Source: a virus
Lineage: Duplodnaviria > Caudoviricetes
Strand: one strand, 5' to 3'
Virus record (IMG/VR): IMGVR_UViG_3300016744_000001
Length of the DNA: 64,000 nt
The position numbers were made by a program, and so were the translations under genes. Under the pieces are notes generated by a model. That model was not told the origin of the DNA and made no database searches. It worked only from the letters and a program-made list of their open reading frames with translations. Positions 1 through 9,745 of this stretch are shown one piece after another. Position 1 is the stretch's first letter; each line of letters starts with the position of its first letter.

Positions 1-855
1 ACGTTTGGTCACGGTAGTCAGTTCTGGTGTCTGCTGCAGTTCTTCCCAAGTGAGTTCATGACTATCAGGATAGACTGGACCGCTATCACCAATCTCATTA
101 CCTTCATCATCCTTGGGATTACCGACACGGATTGGAAATGTTCGGACAGTCATCATGACATTCCCAAGATAACTTGGATGTAATCCGAGATCACTCAGGA
201 CAGCAGATGGTGTCACATCAATGCTCGTGCAATGTGGATAGGAGTACCCATGATTAAGAGACAAATCAAAACCCTGTCCTGTCTCTACTAACACATTGAG
301 ATCCTGATCCAGCAAGTATTGCACGTATTCAGTGTCAGTCTTGATGAACGGCTGAAGTTCTTTTGTTCCTTGAGCAAGTGGATTGCTTCGCATGATCTTA
401 CTGGCTCTTGCCGCACCACTGCCAGATTGCGTGCTAGCGATGCGTACAACGCCGTTTTGATCCTGTTCCGTCTCCTTATCCATCTTTGTCACTACGGCCG
501 CTCTAGGGTGTATTATGAGCCGTTCTGGGCCTATGTCAAACTCACGCATCTCCTTGAAAAGGATGTCCAGATCAATGACACTCCCAGCACTGAGATAGAT
601 GGTGGATCGTTCTTGAATGATCCCGGCTACTGGGAGCATCTTGGTCACGTATTTTTTATCCTGGTAATAAAAAGTGTGACCAGCATTTGGTGACAATCTT
701 CCCACAGCGAGATGAACAGTATTGTCAAGAGCTAACCGGTTTGCAATTAACCCTTTCCCAGTAGAACCAAACTGTCCATCAATCACCATGTTGCATTTGC
801 CAGAGATAACAAAGTCATCCAAGGGACTTGATTCCCCGTGAGAAAGATTTGGCAT
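1..855 (-). CDS. purZ: PurZ-like N6-succino-2-amino-2'-deoxyadenylate synthase (adenylosuccinate synthetase family), 3'-truncated by window edge
   Basis: Hand translation from ATG 855 is open to base 1: ...NMVIDGQFGSTGKGLIA...SPNAGHT...IHPRAAV...IASTQSGSG...ETGQGFDLSLNHGYSYPHCTSIDVTP...RTFPIRVG...ELTWEELQQTPELTTVTKR. Ser replaces the PurA catalytic Asp (GSTGKG vs GDEGKG). Confidence 0.85.
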   Translation of the reverse strand, partial: MPNLSHGESSPLDDFVISGKCNMVIDGQFGSTGKGLIANRLALDNTVHLAVGRLSPNAGHTFYYQDKKYVTKMLPVAGIIQERSTIYLSAGSVIDLDILFKEMREFDIGPERLIIHPRAAVVTKMDKETEQDQNGVVRIASTQSGSGAARASKIMRSNPLAQGTKELQPFIKTDTEYVQYLLDQDLNVLVETGQGFDLSLNHGYSYPHCTSIDVTPSAVLSDLGLHPSYLGNVMMTVRTFPIRVGNPKDDEGNEIGDSGPVYPDSHELTWEELQQTPELTTVTKR

Positions 856-860
856 GGTAG

Positions 861-1262
861 TTAATCCGGCAGAATGAAACAACGGTTGATCACACCACCT
901 TGATAGTATCCAAACTCACCATCTGAGGTTCGTCCAGAGATCGGGGTTTTAGCGTCAATTGCCCTGAAGAGTTCTTTAATAGCTTCAGGAGAAAGATACT
1001 TAAACACAACCTCAATTGACTGTGATTGATTGTTGGTGCCTTTTGCCCGAACAGTGTACAATTTGGACGAATCCAATCTGCCAAGGATGTTGTTCCTGGC
1101 GGACATGGCCGCTCTTTCAAATTGTGTTTTATCCGTCCAGTATCGATCTTTTTCCTGGGGATTTAAGATTTCGATCTGGATAGGCGAATGATCTTCAGCA
1201 ACGACTTCTTCTATTCGCTGCTGAATTTTTCTGAAATTACGACGGATAACAGGCTTTTTCAT
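861..1262 (-). CDS. hypothetical protein
   Basis: 133 aa ORF with AGAGGA RBS; its stop lies 5 nt before the purZ start. Confidence 0.7.
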   Translation of the reverse strand: MKKPVIRRNFRKIQQRIEEVVAEDHSPIQIEILNPQEKDRYWTDKTQFERAAMSARNNILGRLDSSKLYTVRAKGTNNQSQSIEVVFKYLSPEAIKELFRAIDAKTPISGRTSDGEFGYYQGGVINRCFILPD

Positions 1263-1279
1263 TTGAACTGTCCTCTTTC

Positions 1280-1498
1280 TTAAATCGAAATTCCTTTCGT
1301 GGAGAGATGGGCTTTGACATTTTTGAACTTGTCAATTCGCTTCCGAATTTCTTCCGGTGGAAGAGACCACATCAATGGCATCCGCATTTCAAATTTGTGG
1401 TACGGATTAAGCACAAACTTGATGAGATGACCGTATTCTTGCATCCACAAACAACACCACTCGACACAAAGGCAAACACACAAAAATATCCAGAACAT
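1280..1498 (-). CDS. small membrane-anchored hypothetical protein
   Basis: AAGGAG RBS, hydrophobic N-terminus. Confidence 0.6.
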   Translation of the reverse strand: MFWIFLCVCLCVEWCCLWMQEYGHLIKFVLNPYHKFEMRMPLMWSLPPEEIRKRIDKFKNVKAHLSTKGISI

Positions 1499-1509
1499 GC
1501 TAAGCTCCT

Positions 1510-1815
1510 TTACATTTCAAGAACACGATATCCAGCACACCCACCACCATGACAAGAACAAATTCGTAGTTGTCCAGTTTTATCGTGTTTGGTCAATACC
1601 ATGGTTTTGTAGATGCCCGTAATCAGAACAGTGTCATCCACTTCCCATGTAAAATCAGCCTCGACAAACTCAAGTTTATCAATCCAATCTCCACCACAAG
1701 CGCAGAATGCCTTTGATGGAGTAACGTCTTTACAGTGGAAGTTGAAGCGAGCTAATGCTTTACAAAGAGCATCTTCAGAATAGTACACTCGTTGTGATTG
1801 TGGTGTTTTACCCAT
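1510..1815 (-). CDS. Cys-rich hypothetical protein
   Basis: GGAGG RBS before ATG 1815; CxC and CSCH...C motifs. Confidence 0.6.
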   Translation of the reverse strand: MGKTPQSQRVYYSEDALCKALARFNFHCKDVTPSKAFCACGGDWIDKLEFVEADFTWEVDDTVLITGIYKTMVLTKHDKTGQLRICSCHGGGCAGYRVLEM

Positions 1816-2086
1816 CTGGGTCCTCCAATCCAAATTCTTGGATCATTCGTACTAGTACGTCACCATGACAGATCTTTGGTTTACAATAACAACCAAGCCG
1901 TTTACCAACAAGAGGAATCAGATCCTCTTTGGTGAAAGTATCCCGAGCATAGTCTTCGTACATGTCGATAACATAAGCTCTGTCATTTTCGCACTTCATC
2001 GGGAAAGGATTTCCCCATTTACTACCTCTGCCAATATACACGTCATACGCAGATTTGCGTAAGTTAACTACCGTAGTCTTTGACAT
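1808..2086 (-). CDS. DUF4326 domain protein
   Basis: YIGRGSKWGNPF and LGCYCKPKICHGDVL motifs. Confidence 0.85.
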   Translation of the reverse strand: MSKTTVVNLRKSAYDVYIGRGSKWGNPFPMKCENDRAYVIDMYEDYARDTFTKEDLIPLVGKRLGCYCKPKICHGDVLVRMIQEFGLEDPDG

Positions 2087-2161
2087 GGGTTCCTCCGTTC
2101 AAGTATTTATCAATAGAAATATAAAGCTATCGTGAGACTCAATCAAGAGTCCCACGATTGG

Positions 2162-2737
2162 TTAGTTGGTTAATTGTTTGATATAAAGTAAACACTGAAT
2201 ATTTTCAGTTGGGTCTGGATCACGAAATTTTGTAAACAACTCGCAACTCATGGTGTCATAAAACGTAACATCGCAATATTTTTCATAGGTGCAGATCAAC
2301 AGTTTTTTGTAATTTTGCTTGACCGCATGATTACAAACACACTGAAAAAGTTCTGCACCATACTGTTTCCCGCGATGTTTTTTGTCAATCACAATAACTG
2401 TTAGTTCACCATCACAAAGTTTGATGAATGGTCGATAGGTATTATAAATCTCGTAGATGTAGAAGATTTTACGATTGTAAAATAACCACACCCAGTAGAT
2501 TAAAAAATGAAAAACAATGTTCCACCAAAAACGATAACTCGTACCTTTTGAGTAACCAGTAAAACCGATTACATTGTTGTTTTCTGTTTTAACAAATACA
2601 TATTTAGAAGCCCTGAGGATTTCAAGTAGGTAAAGCCAACTGAAGATATTTGTTGGTTTACCATCGTTCATTGGCCATTGTTCTTTAAGTAAATTCATGC
2701 ACGCTTTGGCATGTTTGTGGAAACGAAATGCTTGCAT
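2162..2737 (-). CDS. GNAT family acetyltransferase
   Basis: VIVIDKKHRGKQYGAELF acetyl-CoA motif A and FY motif; AT-rich gene. Confidence 0.75.
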   Translation of the reverse strand: MQAFRFHKHAKACMNLLKEQWPMNDGKPTNIFSWLYLLEILRASKYVFVKTENNNVIGFTGYSKGTSYRFWWNIVFHFLIYWVWLFYNRKIFYIYEIYNTYRPFIKLCDGELTVIVIDKKHRGKQYGAELFQCVCNHAVKQNYKKLLICTYEKYCDVTFYDTMSCELFTKFRDPDPTENIQCLLYIKQLTN

Positions 2738-2803
2738 TGATATACTCCTAAAGTATTGTCGATCATGCTATCATTGACTTAAGTAAATAAATATGCTTAG
2801 ACA

Positions 2804-2838
2804 TGACCCACACTCTGTCACTGACAGAGTGTGGGTCA
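2804..2838. terminator. 17-bp inverted repeat with 1-nt centre
   Basis: tgacccacactctgtca-c-tgacagagtgtgggtca immediately after the 2844..3689 stop. Confidence 0.7.
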
Positions 2839-2843
2839 CGTGA

Positions 2844-3689
2844 TCATACGGTCTGAAGGATCAGCTTACCATTACCGAAGGTAAATATTCGGCTGCCATC
2901 CCAGGTCACAGCGTTGACGACTGAACCAGTGTTGCAGATCTTGTACGCCATCTGGGTGTAGATGGCTTCTGTACGACGAAATGAAACACCAGCCGCGTCA
3001 TAGTCATCGACCCCACGGTCAACACCCGTGTACAGACCCCATTCGGAGATCTTGGCGTAGGTCAAGTCACCCTTGAACATGATGTTGATGGCTTCGTAAA
3101 CCTCAGCACCGGAAAGAGCCGCCTTGACTCGCTTGGTGCAGAGCACTTCAGTCATTGCCCCAGAAGTGACACCACTGACATCAGTTGTGCTGGGCACTGG
3201 ATACAGGTTAGCACTGTTGATTTCATACGCTTGTTCCTGACCGGTGGCCGGGTCAATGCGCACAATGCTGACGCTGTTGTCGATGAATTCCAGCTTCTTC
3301 AGGTAGTAGCACCAGTACTGAGCACCATTGAAAGTCTGCTGAACACGCATGCGGTACTGCAGCATCTCTGCCGTGGTCAGGTCTTCATCGATCGGGACAC
3401 ACCTGAATGGGATCGGCTGGTACAGGTCCATTTCATTGGACTTCGGCTGGTAAGGGGTGCCTTGGATTTTGTCACCCGTGTTGTAGAACCCATTGATACC
3501 AATCCCAAAGTACCCAAGGCCCGGTGCATCAGCGATGTCCGTAAGCGCTGAATACTTATTGTACTTGGTGTTCAGGGTAGAGTCCGGATATATGGGATAC
3601 GTCCCCGATATACGGTCTTCCAGATCATTGAGTTCAGCGAAAACAGTTTTCACTGCTCTTTCAGGATACTTCATATTCGTTGTTGCCAT
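2844..3689 (-). CDS. virion structural protein (phiKZ gp127-like)
   Basis: 281 aa; synteny with a gp128-like gene and the portal; ...PIPFRCVPIDEDLT...ISEWGLYTG. Confidence 0.55.
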   Translation of the reverse strand: MATTNMKYPERAVKTVFAELNDLEDRISGTYPIYPDSTLNTKYNKYSALTDIADAPGLGYFGIGINGFYNTGDKIQGTPYQPKSNEMDLYQPIPFRCVPIDEDLTTAEMLQYRMRVQQTFNGAQYWCYYLKKLEFIDNSVSIVRIDPATGQEQAYEINSANLYPVPSTTDVSGVTSGAMTEVLCTKRVKAALSGAEVYEAINIMFKGDLTYAKISEWGLYTGVDRGVDDYDAAGVSFRRTEAIYTQMAYKICNTGSVVNAVTWDGSRIFTFGNGKLILQTV

Positions 3690-3715
3690 TCGTCCAACTC
3701 CTACGGGGACTTAAA

Positions 3716-6094
3716 TTATTCAAGTGGACTGATATCCACAAGATCATTGCCTGCTCTCAGAACTGACATGACCGCTTGTGCACCATATATCTGGTAAAGA
3801 CCAGTAACGGAGAACGCATCATTTTCCAGCTTTTCAGTGGTTGTTGAAGAGAGCATTTGTTGACTGTCATAAAAACACATGTCACTGGTTTCTTTCAGAG
3901 TGGGATCACCCTTGATGACCACAGACACACTGTCATCAGTTGGTAGCATTTCTGTCTGTGTGGTGTCATTCAGAGTGGGATGCATTGAGTAATCATCCCG
4001 CAAGTCTGCAGGTAACATCTCAATTGCATTCACTTCACAATCACAACCAAGATCATTGATCTCAGTTGTTGAGGTGTCAACATGAGCGCCAGTGGTGACT
4101 GATGTGGGCATCAGTGACAAGTACGTCACATCAGTACGATCTGTATCAAGATACGTCAGATCCTGGCTGGTCCAATCGGTGAATAGCTGCTTGATTGATG
4201 AGTAGAATGCCGTGTTATCGTAGATTGCACCAGCATACCGCAACAACAATTCTGAATCTTGGATCGGTAATACCTGACCAATCAGGGTGTTGGCGAGCTG
4301 ATCGTAATAGACCTTGCTTTCTGGCAATTGGTCGTACGCTGAAATCAGTTGCCCGACTCCCTCGTTTTCAGCTAACCACTCTGTATACGGTTTGTTGGTT
4401 TGACCAAGGTTAACCGTTTCACGAGCAACCAAGAACTCGTAGAAGTACCACATCGCCCATTGATACGTGAGGTCAGGTTCAGTGGCGGCACTGCGCAGAT
4501 GTTGAATCATGACATCAAACTGCAACGCCAATGCCTGAATGAAATCCGATACCGATTCATACTTCTGGTCGATCCAAGGAATCTCTTTCAAGATGGTGTT
4601 GACCTGAACAATAGTGTCCATGTTGTACTTGAACCCGTTGAACCAGAAGTGGTCAGGTAAGTCCTTCAAGCTTGGTTTGGTCTTCTTGTACGCCAGATCA
4701 ACTGGGTACCTTTCAGGCAAATATTCTGGGGTGATCCCGAAACGTTTGTAGATGACGTAATGCATCAGGATCAGGGCATTTCCGATTGTCAGTGAAACGG
4801 GCAGTGCCGTGTTCTCATCCTTAAAGGTGATCTTGTACTGCAAGTTCCCTTGGGCAAATTGATACATCATGCTGTCAAACAAGAACACTGTCAAGTGTCT
4901 CAGATACTGAGTATTAACGATGTACTTCTGGAACTCCAGCAACCGAGTTGGGACCGTGTTCGTGGCAGTTCTTGCGAAGGATGCCGTCATCAACGCTGAA
5001 TCATCCACAGAGTAGTCCGGGTAGTACCCTTCCTTATATACACGATTCAATATCGTGTCCATGGATTCTTTCGCATTGGTGTTCACCAACTGACTACTGG
5101 AGGCAGTCATCGATTTGTATCTGCGAGTGGTTGCCAGCAATGGGTTAGCTGCAGCCACAGTAGAGGTCGTAGCTTCAGATTCGGCGATTGCTACTTGGTA
5201 ATCGACCACTTCTTCTGACAGGATTTCTGGGATTAGTTCCACGTCATCGTTCGGGTCAGTTGTCTGCTGCATGATGCGTTTACCAACCAAGTGCACACGT
5301 AAGTTCTGCAAGAGGTTGTCCGCCAACAAGATCATGTTGGACTTTCGACCACGGTTAGCTTTCAGGTAACGCATGTTGCGATAGAACCAACGAGCTTGGA
5401 CATCAGTCAGCATGGATTCATACGGGCCAAGACCATTTGCTTCCAAGCGATCCCACACGTGCATGTGGTGAACAGCATAGGTGTCGCAGTTCACCAAACG
5501 TTGCTTGATGATGCAACTAAATAACAACAGGTTGACCTTGGCCATGAACACCAGTGGATACTGATCTTCGTAGTTGTAGTCACGAATAAACCAACGATCC
5601 CTGACGTACTGCAGACACTGCTGACAAGCTAACAAGATTGATTCCCGTTCATTTTCCCTGAGGAAACTGGGAACTTGATTCACGATCGTCAGCTCATCGG
5701 CATTGATGACAGCATCGATATCTTTGCAGGGATAGATGATGTTTTTGATCAGACCAACTTGTGTAGGATATGTCAGACAGAGACGTTTATATGCATCACT
5801 GCCCATGGTGTAGAAAGATGCTGTCTTTGGATAGTTGGACCACAGGTCCAAATCGAATGGAACCGGTTCACCAGTTTCTACTGAAAGGACGGTCATGGGC
5901 TTATCGAGGAAGCTATACAAACCGCACAAATTGCGATAGTATGGGTTTTCCCGATCATTTGTTATCCGAAAATTCGTATTGTTGTGCACCTGTGTGGCAA
6001 TGATTTCAGCGAATGGACCAAACTTGATTGTCATGCTTGACAAGTACTGAAGAATTTCTCTTCGGTACAACTCATAGCGAATTGAACTTGCCAT
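3716..6094 (-). CDS. large virion structural protein (phiKZ gp128-like)
   Basis: About 792 aa from ATG 6094 with AAGGAAGG RBS; YYRNLCGLY...MTVLSVETG motif; divergent from the portal-like gene. Confidence 0.6.
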   Translation of the reverse strand: MASSIRYELYRREILQYLSSMTIKFGPFAEIIATQVHNNTNFRITNDRENPYYRNLCGLYSFLDKPMTVLSVETGEPVPFDLDLWSNYPKTASFYTMGSDAYKRLCLTYPTQVGLIKNIIYPCKDIDAVINADELTIVNQVPSFLRENERESILLACQQCLQYVRDRWFIRDYNYEDQYPLVFMAKVNLLLFSCIIKQRLVNCDTYAVHHMHVWDRLEANGLGPYESMLTDVQARWFYRNMRYLKANRGRKSNMILLADNLLQNLRVHLVGKRIMQQTTDPNDDVELIPEILSEEVVDYQVAIAESEATTSTVAAANPLLATTRRYKSMTASSSQLVNTNAKESMDTILNRVYKEGYYPDYSVDDSALMTASFARTATNTVPTRLLEFQKYIVNTQYLRHLTVFLFDSMMYQFAQGNLQYKITFKDENTALPVSLTIGNALILMHYVIYKRFGITPEYLPERYPVDLAYKKTKPSLKDLPDHFWFNGFKYNMDTIVQVNTILKEIPWIDQKYESVSDFIQALALQFDVMIQHLRSAATEPDLTYQWAMWYFYEFLVARETVNLGQTNKPYTEWLAENEGVGQLISAYDQLPESKVYYDQLANTLIGQVLPIQDSELLLRYAGAIYDNTAFYSSIKQLFTDWTSQDLTYLDTDRTDVTYLSLMPTSVTTGAHVDTSTTEINDLGCDCEVNAIEMLPADLRDDYSMHPTLNDTTQTEMLPTDDSVSVVIKGDPTLKETSDMCFYDSQQMLSSTTTEKLENDAFSVTGLYQIYGAQAVMSVLRAGNDLVDISPLE

Positions 6095-6127
6095 AAAAGT
6101 GCCTTCCTTAATAATTGGAGATGTCGC

Positions 6128-8968
6128 ATGGCTGAAACACAAAAGAAACATGCAACTGGTAAAGAGCTGCGCAGACGGTTCTTTGATATGTTCGACACCA
6201 GTACTGGCCAAGGTGAACAAGCATACACTGATAAATCAGTTTCGCTTGGCCTGACCAAAGAGTACAGTACGAATGAACTGAACATCATGACAAAACGCCA
6301 GTTTGTTACACCCAGTAACAATAAGCGTGCGGATCTGACCAGTGTCACCCAAGTCGTTGATGCCATCGGGCAGCCACATCGTGAGATTGTAAACAACATT
6401 GCTGATGCTGAACGACTGAAAGCGCTTGACCCGAACATCAAACGGGTCGAGCAGATCGTCGTGTCATCGATCATGTCCCCTAACGATTTGCAGGATGTTG
6501 ATCCAGAAATCGTGGTGGAGTCAGAAGAGATTCCTGATATCCAGAAAACCAAAATATCAGAACTTCTTACAAAATTTTATTGCGACACGTACAATCTCAG
6601 AAAGAAGATGACCAGCTGGGTCAAGGAAGCCCACTTCCGTTCTGGTGCTGGTGTCGGCATGATCTTGCCTGAAGCCACCCTTACTGAGATCATCAATAAG
6701 TACGACCCTCAACGGGTCTTCTTGCGCCAGAAGGCAAGTGAAAGTCTGATCAGACACGCTGATGAAAAGAAGCTGTCTACTGAAGAAGCAGCTTACCTGA
6801 AGTCAGTTATTTTTTCTGATCAGTTCTATCAGAACGTACTTGGTCATCAGGAGTTCACAGAAGTTCCAAAGGAATTTCTGCCAGCGGCTGGTGCCGAAGG
6901 GATCAAGGTTGGACTGCGGCAGTCACCGTTACAATCAGAGAATACTGAGAGTGAGCTTAACACAGAAGATCAGGCGATGGTTGAACAGATCTTCTCTGAC
7001 CTGATTTCTCTTGATCCACCAGACTTTCATGTAACTGATCTGATTCGAGCCGACCTTCGTCAAGGTGTGGAAAGCATCGCATTGAACTTCAACAAGGCGT
7101 TATCTGGCAAAGGTTCTGGTCTACACATTTCTGAAAATGCTGAAGTCCTCAGGTTTGGCCGAGCTTTTCGAAAGAACCAGAAGGACAAACTTGCAGCGAA
7201 GATCTCACCTATCTTCGCACAGTTGGATGCAACCAACGAAGAGAAGGATGACGACTTCTACGCTTATCGTGACTTGCCGATCATGGACCTCAGTGGACAC
7301 ATGACTGACTTTTCCGAACAGCAGACATATCCGTTTTACATGGACTTGCCTACTGAAGCCGTCATCCCGGTTTGTGTGCCCGGGACTAAAGATCAACATC
7401 TTGGCTACTTCATCCTGGCTGATGCGTATGGTCAACCAATCGAAGCGTCAGCTTATCTGATTGATGCTCCTGGCAACACCATCTCTGGTCGAATTAACAC
7501 CGCGTATCAAGCCATGTACGGTGAGATGCCCACAAACAGTGGTATCTACGGTGCCCCCGGTGCGGGTTACGGCTTGACCACGATGAAAGCTGCTGACTAC
7601 AAAAAGAATAGCATTAACAAGATCTTCAACTACGTCTTGGACGAGATGCTCAAGCGTAAGCTTGGAGACATGGGTCTGAACGATGTCACACTTGGTCGGT
7701 ACAACACAATCGCGCAGTGCATGTTGTATCGCCTTCTGGAGAAGAAACAGACATCACTGGTCTTCGTTCCAGAAAAGTACATCACGTACTTGGCATTCGA
7801 CTATCATCGAGCTGACGGTACTGGTAAGTCAAGGATTGAAGATATCCTGTACATGGAGTCTTTGAAAGTTTCCTTCTTGACTGCCAACACCATGGCAACA
7901 ATGAAGTCTGCGGTGCCCGTGAAGAAGCTGAAACTGACCTGTGATGAAAAGCAGATCAACACAACAGCACTTGCTTGGGAAGTAAGAAACGCTGTGGTGC
8001 AAAAAGAAAAGTTTTCACCCACAACGTACCCAGCAACTGTCGCTAACCAGATCCTGTCGCAAAACCTGTCAATCGACTTGACTCATCCAAACAGTCAGGG
8101 TTTTGCTTACACGGTTGAAGACACTCATCGGGAAATTCCCAAAGCAGATACTGCCTTCCTTGAACAGTTGGACAATGCCACCATCATTGGGTTGGGGGTT
8201 GCACCAAGTGCTTTGAGTGAAAGTAGTGAAGTGCAGTTTGCCCGGTCGTTGGCGACAACCAACTTGCATTATGCAAAGAGCATCCGTCAGGACCAGGTGA
8301 TCGTTGAAGAGATCACCACAACACATGTGCAAAACCATCTGGCATTGAGTAGTGCGCTCATTTACAAGATTGGCAACATCCTCAATTCTGTAGAAGAACA
8401 TGCTGACGCTGAACTTGAACGCACTGCACCGAAAAAGGACTTGACAGAAGTCAAACCTTCTACTGATGACAAACTGACAACCGTTGGTATGATCAGCCGG
8501 AAGATTGATGACAAGACCTTTGCCAAGGTATTGAAAGTCATTGCCAATGTCCATGTGAAGCTCTGTCCGCCAAACGTTGCACCTGACGATACTCAGTACA
8601 ACATCCTTGGTGATCAGATCAAGCGCATTGGTGAATACGTTGATGCTGTCTATCCTGACGATTACTCCAACTTCGGTGATGAGAAGGTATCGAACCATTA
8701 CCGGTTGGTTAAGGCACACATGAAGTCAATCCTTTGCAAGGAAGCTGCTGAACAGCTTGGCTTCAATGGCTTGATGACTCAGGTGCCCGACATCATGACT
8801 TACTCGCTGGAACACATGAGTGATTTGACGAAACTGTATGGTGTAATGAAAGGCATTTCTGAAACCATCACACGTCAAGTGCAAGCTCGTGAGAAGAAAG
8901 CCCCTGAGGACACTCCAGTGGAAGATACCTCTGGTGATACCTCTTCTAGCCCCAAGAACTTCTGGTAA
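6128..8968 (+). CDS. portal protein (phiKZ gp129-like)
   Basis: 946 aa; VSSIMSPND, LPTEAVIPVCVPG..HLGYFIL.D..GQP, AFDY..DGTGKS, LGVAPS....EVQFA pattern typical of jumbo-phage portals. Confidence 0.7.
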   Translation: MAETQKKHATGKELRRRFFDMFDTSTGQGEQAYTDKSVSLGLTKEYSTNELNIMTKRQFVTPSNNKRADLTSVTQVVDAIGQPHREIVNNIADAERLKALDPNIKRVEQIVVSSIMSPNDLQDVDPEIVVESEEIPDIQKTKISELLTKFYCDTYNLRKKMTSWVKEAHFRSGAGVGMILPEATLTEIINKYDPQRVFLRQKASESLIRHADEKKLSTEEAAYLKSVIFSDQFYQNVLGHQEFTEVPKEFLPAAGAEGIKVGLRQSPLQSENTESELNTEDQAMVEQIFSDLISLDPPDFHVTDLIRADLRQGVESIALNFNKALSGKGSGLHISENAEVLRFGRAFRKNQKDKLAAKISPIFAQLDATNEEKDDDFYAYRDLPIMDLSGHMTDFSEQQTYPFYMDLPTEAVIPVCVPGTKDQHLGYFILADAYGQPIEASAYLIDAPGNTISGRINTAYQAMYGEMPTNSGIYGAPGAGYGLTTMKAADYKKNSINKIFNYVLDEMLKRKLGDMGLNDVTLGRYNTIAQCMLYRLLEKKQTSLVFVPEKYITYLAFDYHRADGTGKSRIEDILYMESLKVSFLTANTMATMKSAVPVKKLKLTCDEKQINTTALAWEVRNAVVQKEKFSPTTYPATVANQILSQNLSIDLTHPNSQGFAYTVEDTHREIPKADTAFLEQLDNATIIGLGVAPSALSESSEVQFARSLATTNLHYAKSIRQDQVIVEEITTTHVQNHLALSSALIYKIGNILNSVEEHADAELERTAPKKDLTEVKPSTDDKLTTVGMISRKIDDKTFAKVLKVIANVHVKLCPPNVAPDDTQYNILGDQIKRIGEYVDAVYPDDYSNFGDEKVSNHYRLVKAHMKSILCKEAAEQLGFNGLMTQVPDIMTYSLEHMSDLTKLYGVMKGISETITRQVQAREKKAPEDTPVEDTSGDTSSSPKNFW

Positions 8969-8975
8969 CCATACT

Positions 8976-9007
8976 GACACTGAGGACGGGAAACCGTCCT
9001 CAGTGTC
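8976..9007 (+). terminator. 14-bp stem with GAAA tetraloop
   Basis: gacactgaggacgg-gaaa-ccgtcctcagtgtc after the portal stop. Confidence 0.75.
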
Positions 9008-9008
9008 T

Positions 9009-9040
9009 TGTAAACCGTATCAGTTTCTAAGATATATTAC
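9009..9040 (+). promoter_or_regulatory. phiKZ-type early promoter
   Basis: TGTAAA at 9009 and TATATTAC at 9033-9040, upstream of an accessory operon. Confidence 0.7.
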
Positions 9041-9072
9041 CACTTTGATGTTCTATCGTTAACATTTAACCA

Positions 9073-9732
9073 ATGAGGTCCACAATGTGCAATGAAGCTT
9101 TGTTGAAAAACTTTGGTAACTTGGTCACCCCAGAAATGTCTGACCGTGAAGCGTACCCACTGATCCTCAAGAAATTGTTGGATACCATGCCGCCTGACGC
9201 AAATGTCATGGTTGCGACGTCCGGTGCGCTTAACGAGCTGGTCACCAAGTTCTTTACAGACATTGACCGTGACCAATTCTTCTCGTTTAATGTCCAGTAT
9301 GCTGACTACCGGACATTGGAAAATGGTGTCTTTGCCGCATTGAACATTAAGATGCCAAGTCTGCGGCAATTGGTTGACCATCTGAAAGCCCACGGGACTT
9401 ACCGGGCATCGTTCGGCAGTGAAGATGTCCAGATCTCAGTTACCCTGATCACTGAGAATCAAGATCCTCGGTTCTTTGATTTGACAACTGGGATTCTTGG
9501 TTTCAAGACCAAAAACATTTTCTGCCGCAATTCCGGAAGTTGGCATGCAACCAAAGTGTTGTACAAGCTCCTGAAGGATTGGCAAATTCATTCTGGTGGC
9601 GAGCTTCGGGTGATCACTGATACTGCTGAATGGAATCACCACGAGTATCGTCCGGGCACAGTCTACCATTCTGGGATGGGCTGCACCAACCCTGTATGGG
9701 TTGATGCCGATCGCACACGCACATACGAGTAA
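9073..9732 (+). CDS. hypothetical protein, paralog family A
   Basis: DIDRDQFFSFNV and FKTKNIF shared with the 9746 and 11033 ORFs. Confidence 0.7.
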   Translation: MRSTMCNEALLKNFGNLVTPEMSDREAYPLILKKLLDTMPPDANVMVATSGALNELVTKFFTDIDRDQFFSFNVQYADYRTLENGVFAALNIKMPSLRQLVDHLKAHGTYRASFGSEDVQISVTLITENQDPRFFDLTTGILGFKTKNIFCRNSGSWHATKVLYKLLKDWQIHSGGELRVITDTAEWNHHEYRPGTVYHSGMGCTNPVWVDADRTRTYE

Positions 9733-9745
9733 GCTGGAGAAGCCC

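Noticed and set aside
1-855. Ordinary PurA annotation, and the + strand ORF 319..693
   Set aside because: The catalytic Asp is replaced by Ser and the motifs match PurZ; 319..693 is an antisense shadow of this gene.
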